From: an uncultured Bacillota bacterium
GTDB lineage: Bacteria > Bacillota_I > Bacilli_A > RF39 > UBA660
Direction: 5' to 3'
DNA: 64,000 bases
NCBI GenBank assembly: GCA_958428295.1
Contig: CAUAFL010000004.1
Span: 9,892-73,891 of the forward strand
The notes beneath the pieces are model-generated. The model saw nothing but the letters and a program-made list of their open reading frames with translations, was not told the origin of the DNA and did not search any database. Below are positions 32,222 to 42,879 of this stretch, piece after piece. How positions within the stretch are numbered: position 1 is the first letter of the stretch; each line of letters begins with the position of its first letter. The position numbers were made by a program, and so were the translations under genes.

Positions 32222-33118
32222 ATGCAAAATTATTATATTGATCTTGGTTCATCAACAATAAAGGTTTATTGTTATGAAAATAAGTTAAGACTTATAGAAG
32301 AACATTCAATTTATTTTAAAAATGACTTTGATGCAGAAAAAGGTATAAGCGAAAGTAATTTAAAAGAACTATGTGATTATTTCGAAGAAATAAAGGATAA
32401 ATATGATTTAAAGTATTATAATACACAGATTTTTGTTACTGGTATTTTTAGAAACTTAATACAAGAAAGAAAACAAGATTTAGTAAAATTATTTAATGAT
32501 AAGTTTGACCTGAATTTTAACATTATTAGTCATGGTATTGAAAACTATTATTTAGCAAAAGCTATGGAAAATGATTACAATAATAAGAAAGTTTTAATAA
32601 TTAATATGGGTGGTAAAACTACTGAATTAGTAACTTTTGTAGGAACTAAAATAACTGATACTAAAAATTTAACCATTGGTGTTGCTGATTTATTAAATAA
32701 CTTTAGTAATGTTAATGAAAAATATAGTGGCGATACTGTCGAAGAAATGGAAAAATTCGTAGCTGAAAGACTATTTGATATTGAATTAGATAAAGATTAT
32801 GATTGTGCAATATTTACAGGTGGCGAAGAAAGATTTGAATTATTAACAGGATTTAATTTAGTAGATAATACTTTATTTGATGATAATATTCATAAATATA
32901 TGTTAAGTTTAGAAGATTATATTAAAGGTACTGAAAAAGTATTTAATGATATTTCACTTGAAGAATTATATGCTTTAATGCCTTTAAATCCTAAATGGAT
33001 GGATGGTGCAAGAAGTGGTGCAATCATACCTTTAGTTTTATTTAAAATGGCAAATGTAAAATGGATTATTCCATCTGATTTGAATTTAATAAATGGTGTA
33101 ATTAATGATTTAAAATAG
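32222..33118 (+). CDS. ASKHA-fold protein, Ppx/GppA phosphatase-like
   Basis: Start moved to MQNYYIDLGSSTIKVY (phosphate-1 motif). Also VTGIFRN, ISHGIENYYLAKA, INMGGKTTELV (phosphate-2) and LTIGVADL. AGGAG SD. Confidence 0.65.
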   Translation: MQNYYIDLGSSTIKVYCYENKLRLIEEHSIYFKNDFDAEKGISESNLKELCDYFEEIKDKYDLKYYNTQIFVTGIFRNLIQERKQDLVKLFNDKFDLNFNIISHGIENYYLAKAMENDYNNKKVLIINMGGKTTELVTFVGTKITDTKNLTIGVADLLNNFSNVNEKYSGDTVEEMEKFVAERLFDIELDKDYDCAIFTGGEERFELLTGFNLVDNTLFDDNIHKYMLSLEDYIKGTEKVFNDISLEELYALMPLNPKWMDGARSGAIIPLVLFKMANVKWIIPSDLNLINGVINDLK

Positions 33119-33139
33119 ATTTATCTGAGGGGGTAAGGA

Positions 33140-34513
33140 ATGATTAAGAATGTAATATCTGTAATAGATGGTGAAGCTGGAAGTTGTGGTAAAGCTAAAG
33201 TAATTGGTGAAATAGCAACTGATGAATCTATTAAGCTGGGAGCTTCTGTTACGAATTGTATGCCAAATGCAGGACATACTTTTGTTGATGAAAAAGGAAT
33301 TGCTACTATTTTTAGAAACATACCTGTATCATCAGTTAATCCAGATACTGAATTATTTATTGGACCAGGATCTGCAATTGATATGGAAGTATTTAAAGAA
33401 GAGTATGAGCAAGTAAGAAAATATTTAGGAGATAGAAAAATATATGTTCATGAAATGGTTCCTTTGATTGATGAAAGACACAAACAATATGAAAGAGAAC
33501 ATATTAAAAGCGGTTCAACATTTAAAGGATGTGGAGCAGTCACTCAAGAAAAGGTTATCAGAGATAAAAAACTAGAATTTTTCAAATTGTTTGAAAATGC
33601 TGTTGTTTGTTCTAATAATGAATGGCTAGAAAGATTATATAGTCATCTTGATAATCCATCTGAATATGTAATATTAGAAGGTGCTCAAGGTTGTGATTTA
33701 GATTTAAATCATAGTGGAAATTATCCTTTTGTTACGAGTAGAAATGTCTCAACTTCTCAATTACTAGCTGATTCAGGAATATCACCAGAAAGATTACTTC
33801 AAACGATTATGGTAATTCGACCTTTCCCAATAAGAATAAGCAATATTACTAAGGCAGGAGAATTTATTTATACAGGTGGTTATGGCAAAGGTGAAGAACT
33901 TACATGGACACAAATTAATTTAGCATCTATGTATGGAAATTATCCTTGTAATGGTGATGTAGAATGTTTACCTTATAATATTAATTTAAATCGTGTAAAA
34001 AAATTAATTAGTCAGTGTCCTGAAATATATTTAAAACAATTATTTGGTAATGATTTTAGAAATATAAAAGTTAGTGATTTAAAGATATTACAAATATTGG
34101 AACTTGAAAGATTAGTATATAAATCAAAAGGATTTAGTGACTATGAATCTCATTTTTTAGAATCAGGAATGTTTGATAAAGATTTCCCAAATAATACTAT
34201 ATTTGATCAATCTGAACAAACATCTGTGACTAAAATGGAGAGAAGAGTATTTGACTTAGATATTTCTAAACTTAAAACTAATTGCCGTATTAATACTCCA
34301 TCAAGGTTATATTTAAATTTCTTTCAACATTTAGGATTAGACTATAAAGGCGAAATAGGTAACTATAATGATTATTATTTTAATAGATATTTAAGAGAAT
34401 ATTTTAGTTGGCTTGAAGGTGAAACTAATGTTGAAATATCTGCATTAGGAACTGGTGCTAGAAATGGCGAGCGAATACTTAAGAAAAGTTTAATAAAAGA
34501 AATAAAAAAGTAA
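33140..34513 (+). CDS. Divergent adenylosuccinate synthetase (PurA/PurZ) family protein
   Basis: VIDGEAGSCGKAKV aligns with the GDEGKGK P-loop, MPNAGHTFV with NAGHT, LEGAQGCDLDLNHSGNYPFVTS with EGAQGxxLDxDHGTYPxVTS, and SVTKMERRVFDLD with TTGRxRRxGWxD. There is a long insertion in the C-terminal half. Confidence 0.7.
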   Translation: MIKNVISVIDGEAGSCGKAKVIGEIATDESIKLGASVTNCMPNAGHTFVDEKGIATIFRNIPVSSVNPDTELFIGPGSAIDMEVFKEEYEQVRKYLGDRKIYVHEMVPLIDERHKQYEREHIKSGSTFKGCGAVTQEKVIRDKKLEFFKLFENAVVCSNNEWLERLYSHLDNPSEYVILEGAQGCDLDLNHSGNYPFVTSRNVSTSQLLADSGISPERLLQTIMVIRPFPIRISNITKAGEFIYTGGYGKGEELTWTQINLASMYGNYPCNGDVECLPYNINLNRVKKLISQCPEIYLKQLFGNDFRNIKVSDLKILQILELERLVYKSKGFSDYESHFLESGMFDKDFPNNTIFDQSEQTSVTKMERRVFDLDISKLKTNCRINTPSRLYLNFFQHLGLDYKGEIGNYNDYYFNRYLREYFSWLEGETNVEISALGTGARNGERILKKSLIKEIKK

Positions 34514-34564
34514 TTTTATAAATTATTTGAAGCATAATATATAATGTAGTATTATTTCCATGGT

Positions 34565-34593
34565 TTGACAATGTCTATAAAATATGCTACAAT
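34565..34593 (+). promoter_or_regulatory. Near-consensus sigma-A promoter
   Basis: TTGACA, 17 nt, TACAAT. Confidence 0.6.
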
Positions 34594-34599
34594 TTAATT

Positions 34600-34669
34600 A
34601 GTTCAGTTGCCAAGATGCAATTAGAGCACTAAGACCGTTATGATTTTTCATAACGGTCTTTGCTTTTTA
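34600..34669 (+). ncRNA. Candidate small RNA of about 70 nt (promoter-to-terminator unit)
   Basis: The only thing between the promoter at 34565-34593 and the strong terminator at 34631-34669 is about 30 nt with no start codon or SD. Confidence 0.35.
34631..34669. terminator. Rho-independent terminator (usable from both sides)
   Basis: AAGACCGTTATGA / TCATAACGGTCTT 13-bp stem followed by TGCTTTTT. Also lies just past the stop of the minus-strand 157-aa gene. Confidence 0.8.
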
Positions 34670-35140
34670 TAATTCTACTTTAAAATTATTATAATCTTTC
34701 AATTTGGAATTTAAATATCTGTTACTAGATATATAAAATCCTGTTATAAATAGCATATACTCCACTTTGTCTTTAATAATTATAATATATTTTTCCTTTT
34801 CTAGTAACAAGTGATATGCACCATCTTTAAAATATATCTTAATTTCATTTTTGTGTGGACCATTATTATTGAACTCATCAATAATTGCTTTGGGCCATCT
34901 TATTCTTGAACATCTTTCAAAGTCTGGTGATTTTCTTTCATGCCCTAAAATCAAATGATTAAATCCATCGATTTTATCATTTAGTAAAGGCTTTTTAGTT
35001 ACTTCTAGTCTTTTATTTAAAAATGTATTTTTATGATCTACAAAATCACTTATGAATATTTGATATATCATATCTTCATATTCTTTATATTTTGAAAAAT
35101 CGTTACATTCTATTAATTCTGGTAACCAATCACTTTTCAT
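34667..35140 (-). CDS. Hypothetical protein, partner of the DUF3800 gene
   Basis: 157 aa. The start shares one base with the upstream stop (TAATG). No family recognised. Confidence 0.5.
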   Translation of the reverse strand: MKSDWLPELIECNDFSKYKEYEDMIYQIFISDFVDHKNTFLNKRLEVTKKPLLNDKIDGFNHLILGHERKSPDFERCSRIRWPKAIIDEFNNNGPHKNEIKIYFKDGAYHLLLEKEKYIIIIKDKVEYMLFITGFYISSNRYLNSKLKDYNNFKVEL

Positions 35141-35832
35141 TATTTAGTAGGGTCCCATATGAATATATTAAATTTATCTTTTTTATAAGGAGTATTTTGT
35201 TTCAATCCATAAATGGATTTTTGTAAAATTGTATTTATAATCTTTAATTTACTTTGATTTGTATTTAAATTTCTGTAATAATATGTTATTGCGCCAATCA
35301 TTACATCTGTGAGTTGGAGGATAGTAGATTCATATGATCTTATTGGTTGCATTTTTAAAATAGTTTTTTCGTTGTCATCTACTATTTTTAATCTTAAATA
35401 ATATAAAACACTTTGAAAATTTTGGTAAGAATATGAATCTTTAATATCTGCATATATATTATATGAATCGGGCTTATTAAATATATATTTTAACATATCA
35501 TAATACATTTTGTGGTACCATTGATCATGTGTTTGATGGAATGTATCATGATCTAATATTTTTTTATCACATACAATTGCTCTAAATTTTAAATCATCTT
35601 CAATAAAAAAGTATTTTATTAGTTCTTCATAAAAATCCTCTTTACTTTTTGAAACTTTGGTCCATTTTAGTTCACAAAATTTTTTGATTTTATGCTTTTC
35701 TTTTAAATCTAAAATATATTTAGTGATTTCTTTTACTTTATTTTTAGGGCAATATATTGCTCCAATTACCATATAATCTCCGTCTTTATCTAGCATATAA
35801 CAACTTTCATCGCAATAAACATTATATTCCAT
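35140..35832 (-). CDS. DUF3800-family protein
   Basis: The N-terminal YNVYCDESCY resembles the DUF3800 I-x-DESG start. QLTDVMIGAI lies near the C-terminus. GGAAGTGA SD before the ATG at 35832. Confidence 0.6.
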   Translation of the reverse strand: MEYNVYCDESCYMLDKDGDYMVIGAIYCPKNKVKEITKYILDLKEKHKIKKFCELKWTKVSKSKEDFYEELIKYFFIEDDLKFRAIVCDKKILDHDTFHQTHDQWYHKMYYDMLKYIFNKPDSYNIYADIKDSYSYQNFQSVLYYLRLKIVDDNEKTILKMQPIRSYESTILQLTDVMIGAITYYYRNLNTNQSKLKIINTILQKSIYGLKQNTPYKKDKFNIFIWDPTK

Positions 35833-35887
35833 CAAATATCACTTCCTTTTTAATAATTATAGCAAATTGATTATAAAAAGTTAATAG

Positions 35888-37270
35888 CTAGCGCTCAATA
35901 TCATCTTTTTCTATTACTGACCTATTTTTATTATTTTCATTTCTATTGTCTTGAAGAAGATTGAAATCTTCATCATCTAATGCCCCATGTTCATGTAATT
36001 CTTTAGCAAATTCCATGTATTTTTCTATATCTTTATTTCTATAAATTTTATCCATAAGGAATTTAACAAGATTGTAAATTAAATTTTTAAGATGTTCAAG
36101 TGCAGATTTTAGTGAATGATTTTCTTCTTTTAAATCATTAATTTCATTATTTTTTAACTTGATTTTATCTTTTAAATTATCAACTTCAGAATTGAGTCCT
36201 TCATTGTTTTTTAATAATAATCTAATTCGATCATGATTGCTAAGGAGTTCACTTTCCACTTCTTTTAATGTAACAGATAATTCTTGAATACTTTGATATT
36301 CAGCAATAGTTTTATCAACTAAATCAATAAAAACAATAGCTTTATCTCTATCAACTACATCTAAAACTAATTGACTTTTAATTAAACCTTTTGATTTTAA
36401 ATTTTCGAGCATATCTCTAATTTCTTTTGTACTATTTTTTAAATTATCAGTTTTGTCTTTTGCTTTATTCAAGCTGTTTTGATGAATCTCAATAGACTTT
36501 TTCATCCTTTGATAGTTTTCCATTTCTGATATGTGATAATCACGATTTCGACCTTTTAATTTAGGTTTTAATTTATAATTAGTATGATATTCTTTATTGA
36601 AAGATTCCATACAATGAACTCTCATTTTGTCTTGAATTTTTGTTAATGATTCTTTAGTAAAGACATCAGACTTTCCAACTTGTTTAGACATACCATACTT
36701 GTTTTTAGATTTAATTGGAACACCAATTATATGAAGATGTGGGCTTGTTTCATCATAATGAATGATAGCACTTGCTATCTTAAAATCAGGAACTAATTCT
36801 TCTAAACTTTTAACTTGTTCTTCGAATACATTAGTCATTTTCTTTTTATATTCCATATCTTTTGTATTCCAAAACTCCATATCACCAAGTTCAATAATTA
36901 TCTCACAAGCTAAATCCTTTTTAGTGTTATTGCTAACATGAGTGAAATAATCTTTTATCTTTCTATCATCACGAATTTGTTTATTATTGTATTCAATTTT
37001 TGCTTCTTCAAACTCATCCTTATATAATTTTTTAACATCATTAACGATTGAATTAGTTCCTCTAATAATTTCGATATCATACTCTCTATCATCATACTTT
37101 CTACAATTATGATTGTCACATTTTGATAGTCCTGCTGCATTTTGGATAGCATTATTACTATTAGATGTTGTACCACTTAAATTAGATTTAGCACTTGCTT
37201 TACTACTGTTTTTCTTGTTTTTATCATTGCTTAAATGGAAAGAGTAACCTAAACTAGGTATATAAATCAC
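35888..37270 (-). CDS. mob: MobV-family relaxase (Mob/Pre plasmid recombination enzyme, TnpZ-like)
   Basis: HYDETSPHLHIIGVPI is the HxDE...PHxH motif. Long coiled-coil C-terminus. The start codon is uncertain (a GTG very close to the SD). Confidence 0.85.
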   Translation of the reverse strand: MIYIPSLGYSFHLSNDKNKKNSSKASAKSNLSGTTSNSNNAIQNAAGLSKCDNHNCRKYDDREYDIEIIRGTNSIVNDVKKLYKDEFEEAKIEYNNKQIRDDRKIKDYFTHVSNNTKKDLACEIIIELGDMEFWNTKDMEYKKKMTNVFEEQVKSLEELVPDFKIASAIIHYDETSPHLHIIGVPIKSKNKYGMSKQVGKSDVFTKESLTKIQDKMRVHCMESFNKEYHTNYKLKPKLKGRNRDYHISEMENYQRMKKSIEIHQNSLNKAKDKTDNLKNSTKEIRDMLENLKSKGLIKSQLVLDVVDRDKAIVFIDLVDKTIAEYQSIQELSVTLKEVESELLSNHDRIRLLLKNNEGLNSEVDNLKDKIKLKNNEINDLKEENHSLKSALEHLKNLIYNLVKFLMDKIYRNKDIEKYMEFAKELHEHGALDDEDFNLLQDNRNENNKNRSVIEKDDIER

Positions 37271-37390
37271 ATCTCCTTTCTTTGTGTTTTTTTAGCTATA
37301 TTTTGTTTTGACAAAATATTTAACCCCCTAGGAATTTTGTCATACTAACAAAATACGGGGGCTAAGGCTCGCCTTAGAATCCAGAAGGAA

Positions 37391-39445
<2,055 letters not shown>

Positions 39446-39516
39446 CTATGGGATAACTCTTTATCCACTATATTAATTATACAACTTTTGCCTTAAAATG
39501 TCCATCCTGTGAAAGT

Positions 39517-39792
39517 CTATTTAATAGTGCTTAAGTAATCTTCTAATTCTGATATTTGTATCTTATTCGCTAAATTTCTAATATAAATATCAGTAGAATA
39601 ATTAAATACAAGAAATGTAATACCTTTAATGATAACTCTATGAGGTTCTATAAAGTTTAAATTAGATTTATCAATTCTTCTAATGCTACCATTAATAAAT
39701 ATGGGTTTGGTTTTACAAAACTGACAGATAAACTCTAATCTTTGCTTTAAAGACTTCTCAAAAGGTATCTCTTGTGTGATAAACTGAATCAT
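39517..39792 (-). CDS. Recombinase-associated small protein, copy C (divergent)
   Basis: Start moved to MIQFITQE (91 aa). FCKTKPIFINGSIRRI...IEPHRVIIKGITFLVFN...IRNLANKIQISELEDYL aligns with copies A and B. Confidence 0.6.
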   Translation of the reverse strand: MIQFITQEIPFEKSLKQRLEFICQFCKTKPIFINGSIRRIDKSNLNFIEPHRVIIKGITFLVFNYSTDIYIRNLANKIQISELEDYLSTIK

Positions 39793-39898
39793 AAACACCA
39801 TCCTTCCTTTAGGATGATTTCTTTGTAATAACAAAAAAACCAATCTTTTGATTGATTTCTATATATCAATGTTCGAAAAATTCGAACAGATTCGTCAA

Positions 39899-39972
39899 TG
39901 GAGCGGATGAGGAGAATCGAACTCCCGTAGTTAGCTTGGAAGGCTAAGGTTCTACCATTAAACTACATCCGC
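39899..39972 (-). tRNA. tRNA-Gly (anticodon UCC)
   Basis: Acceptor GCGGATG/CATCCGC, anticodon arm TTAGC-CTTCCAA-GCTAA, GTTCGATTC T-loop and encoded CCA. Confidence 0.9.
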
Positions 39973-40027
39973 ATAAAACTATTATCTTGAGTTATTACAA
40001 TGTATAATTATCTCAAAGATATTTTTA

Positions 40028-40056
40028 ATTATACCTGAAATTACAATACCTGTCAA
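40028..40056 (-). promoter_or_regulatory. Consensus sigma-A promoter for tRNA-Gly(UCC)
   Basis: Minus strand reads TTGACA, 17 nt, TATAAT, about 55 nt upstream of the tRNA. Confidence 0.7.
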
Positions 40057-40269
40057 TATTTTAATTTAATTTAATTTGAAAATGTGGGATAAAAAATTTA
40101 TACTTAGGTCGAATTAAAGTATTTTTCTCCATTTTTAGATAATAAGTTTAGTCCCCTATTACTCCCTTAATTATATTGAGCAGATACTTTAAATATTCTC
40201 TTTATTCTCCCCCTCTTATAATTAAGAAAATTACAGTTTTACGATTATACTAGTATTTTTATATTTCTT

Positions 40270-42879
40270 TTAATACTTGTCATTAATCTCAATATATTCT
40301 GCTAATTTTTTTATAAACTCCTGATTATTTATTGCCTCTTTCGCTTTTATTCTTATCACTGGAACATAAATAGCATTAAAAGCAGCATCTTTATAACTAT
40401 CTCTAACCTTTTGTATTTGTTTAAAATGATCTTTCCCATCAAGTTCTATAATAATTTTTAATTTACCAGTTCTGGTATCAAAAATAGAAAAGTCGGCATG
40501 TGCACCATTTCTTATATATTCTTTAATTTTAGGATTGCTATTTAGGAAAGACTCATTTAAAACTAACTCTGTTAAGAATACTTTGGCACGGCATATATAA
40601 GGAGTTTCCTTTAAGATATTATTTATAAAATGGTGAGTAACCTCTTCGTATTCATTATCATATAATTTTGTTTTTTTATAATATGGAATTTTTTTATAAA
40701 GATAATCATACCAACATGAGGTTTCATCATCGATCTTTTTCCCATAGATTTTAATATAATCAATTAAATGGTTTATTTCTATTGCATAACAACTATTTTT
40801 TTGAAAGTATTTTTTATCTGTAATGAGAATAAATTTCTGTTTGGCACGTGAGACTGCTACGTTAACAAGTTCTGAAGTAAATAAGTTATGATTTCCTTTA
40901 AGATGATTATTGCAAGTCTTTAAGTCATTTAAAACAGTAGAAAAATAGACCTTTTTTGCGCCTTTTCCTTGAAACGTATGAATAGTCCCTGCTCGATTTT
41001 CCTCAAATCGCTTTTTTAATTGCATTGACTGGGCTTTAAAGGGCGTAATTACAAAATAATCGTCTTTTTTATTCACTAATCCTTCAATGGCAAAACACTC
41101 TCTATCGTTTAAAAACGACCCATTTTTACTTTCTGCCCCCTTATACTTATCCACATCGACTATTTCGATAGAAGAAGAATTAGCTTCTGTATAAATTTTT
41201 AATTGGCTAGCATAATAAAATTTATTACAAAAATTAATAATATTATAATCACATCGATAATGTTCTTCTAATGTTTTCTCTGGTGGATCAAAAACATTCT
41301 TAATAGAATTTAAAAAAGTATTGTTGTTATATCTATATTCATCAGGAATGTCAGTTTCAACCTTTAAATTTGTGATAGCACTAAGTTGTTTCTCGTCGCC
41401 AACAACAACAAGCTTCTTGGCGGTATAAAGTAGAGGAAGACCTGTAATAACATCGCATTGGGATGCTTCATCAATTATGATAACGTCTATTTTTTTATTA
41501 TTTTTAATAATATCTTTAAAATTTGATAGAAAAGCATCAGCAGTTGTCAAAATTAAGGGATAAACATTGAAAGCCATTTCTAGTAAATCATTATTCTTTA
41601 CCTCTGTTAATCCAGAAGACATTTTTGTTTTTAAATAACCTTTAAATGCTTTCATAGATACTTCTATATATTGTTGATAAATTTCTTTCACTTGCCTTTG
41701 TTTTTCTTTCAGCTTTCTTTTTAACAAAAGAGCTTCTTTGTCTGCTATTTCTTTTTTAAGATACACTTCCTTTAAAAGTTGAGAAATTGCATAAAACTTT
41801 TTATTTGCATCATCCTCATTAATACAATAATAATATCTTATTATCAATTTCTCAAAAAAATTGAACTTATGTTTTTTAGAATATGCGAACAGTTTTGCTA
41901 ATCTATTTTTAGAAACATTCTTTTCACAAATAATTTTCATCTCATTTTCAGTAAGTAATTCTTTAAAATTATATAGTTCCTGTTCTTTATCCATAAATTT
42001 CTTTTGCATTTTCAAATCAACTATTAAATTTTTAATACTGACAAGTTCATCTATTTCATTTTCTAAATTTTGTAATTTGTTTTGAAGTATTTGGAGTTTA
42101 TTAAAGTCTTCATCAAAAGCTGAAATTTCTTTAAGCGTTTTTCGCAATTTTGTGATTTTAGCAGGCAATTCCTGCTGTAAAGGGTACATAAAATCTTTAG
42201 TACGACCAAATCTTAAGAAAAATTCTGGTAAGGAAGTTTTTTGAAATTCTTCTATTATATTATCAACAGCCGAATTATTTTTTGAAACAATTACAACATT
42301 TTTATTCTGCATAATAAAATTTGCAAGAAGACTCAAAATAGTCGTTGTCTTCCCAGTACCAGGTGGTCCCTGAATAATAGATATATCATTATTTAAAGCG
42401 TTTTTTATGGCCATTCTCTGTGAAAGATTAGAATTGCTCAATAAGATAATTTTGTTATTAGAATATATTTTTTTATTATCCTTCTGATTTTTTAAATATC
42501 TTACTAAAAGATTATCTGAACTTTGTGTATAAATAGAATCTAACATACCTTTAAACATCTTTTGCTTAAAATCATAATTGGAGTCAGTTTCTAATTTGTC
42601 CACACATTTTTGGTAGTAAGCTAAATATTTGCCCACATTAAAGGGTAAGCCTAATTTTTTTGATTTAAATGAAATTTCATCATTATGATTTGCAAACTCT
42701 ACTTTACGAATATTAGAAATATAAATACTAGATTCCTTCTTAGAATTTATAAAAGTATAATACAGTTTGTCATGATAGTACTTTGTAACTATAATAATCA
42801 TATTTTTATCTTTGCAAGTAGTAATTTTCAAAGGTATATGTTTTGTATGTGATTCATCAAAATACTCTATCATAGGCAC
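40270..42879 (-). CDS. SF1 (Upf1/Dna2-like, AAA_11/AAA_12) helicase fused to a C-terminal DUF2726/Vsr-like nuclease domain
   Basis: GPPGTGKTT, IIIDEASQ, VVVGDEKQL, HYRCDYNIINF, TIHTFQGKGAKKVY and VNVAVSRAK. C-terminus HADFSIFD...IIIELDGKDH...RDSYKDAAFNAIYVPVIRI. Confidence 0.8.
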   Translation of the reverse strand: MPMIEYFDESHTKHIPLKITTCKDKNMIIIVTKYYHDKLYYTFINSKKESSIYISNIRKVEFANHNDEISFKSKKLGLPFNVGKYLAYYQKCVDKLETDSNYDFKQKMFKGMLDSIYTQSSDNLLVRYLKNQKDNKKIYSNNKIILLSNSNLSQRMAIKNALNNDISIIQGPPGTGKTTTILSLLANFIMQNKNVVIVSKNNSAVDNIIEEFQKTSLPEFFLRFGRTKDFMYPLQQELPAKITKLRKTLKEISAFDEDFNKLQILQNKLQNLENEIDELVSIKNLIVDLKMQKKFMDKEQELYNFKELLTENEMKIICEKNVSKNRLAKLFAYSKKHKFNFFEKLIIRYYYCINEDDANKKFYAISQLLKEVYLKKEIADKEALLLKRKLKEKQRQVKEIYQQYIEVSMKAFKGYLKTKMSSGLTEVKNNDLLEMAFNVYPLILTTADAFLSNFKDIIKNNKKIDVIIIDEASQCDVITGLPLLYTAKKLVVVGDEKQLSAITNLKVETDIPDEYRYNNNTFLNSIKNVFDPPEKTLEEHYRCDYNIINFCNKFYYASQLKIYTEANSSSIEIVDVDKYKGAESKNGSFLNDRECFAIEGLVNKKDDYFVITPFKAQSMQLKKRFEENRAGTIHTFQGKGAKKVYFSTVLNDLKTCNNHLKGNHNLFTSELVNVAVSRAKQKFILITDKKYFQKNSCYAIEINHLIDYIKIYGKKIDDETSCWYDYLYKKIPYYKKTKLYDNEYEEVTHHFINNILKETPYICRAKVFLTELVLNESFLNSNPKIKEYIRNGAHADFSIFDTRTGKLKIIIELDGKDHFKQIQKVRDSYKDAAFNAIYVPVIRIKAKEAINNQEFIKKLAEYIEINDKY

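Noticed and set aside
33121-33416. 66-aa minus-strand and 64-aa plus-strand ORFs inside the PurA-like gene
   Set aside because: They are nested in or antisense to a long ORF with family motifs, and have no independent signals. For the same reason I dismissed 2489-2695, 4402-4659, 7163-7357, 13556-13750, 17270-17470, 18264-18494, 20519-20701, 20826-21026, 22223-22441 and 22736-22930. It also applies to 25595-25786, 29979-30365, 31861-32085, 36955-37176, 39230-39496, 41861-42085, 45477-45680, 46244-46876, 57654-57860, 58031-58213 and 61059-61262.
33140-34513. Calling the PurA-like gene purA, or a bona fide phage PurZ (2-aminoadenine pathway)
   Set aside because: The P-loop and the GTP/IMP block are too divergent for housekeeping purA. 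I see no DatZ-like dATPase, MazZ or dedicated polymerase nearby that would support a Z-genome cluster. I kept it only as a family-level call.
39496-39507. 12-mer aaaatgtccatc shared with 42914-42925, considered as an att-like repeat
   Set aside because: Many chance 12-mer repeats are expected in 64 kb of AT-rich DNA, and the similarity does not extend.
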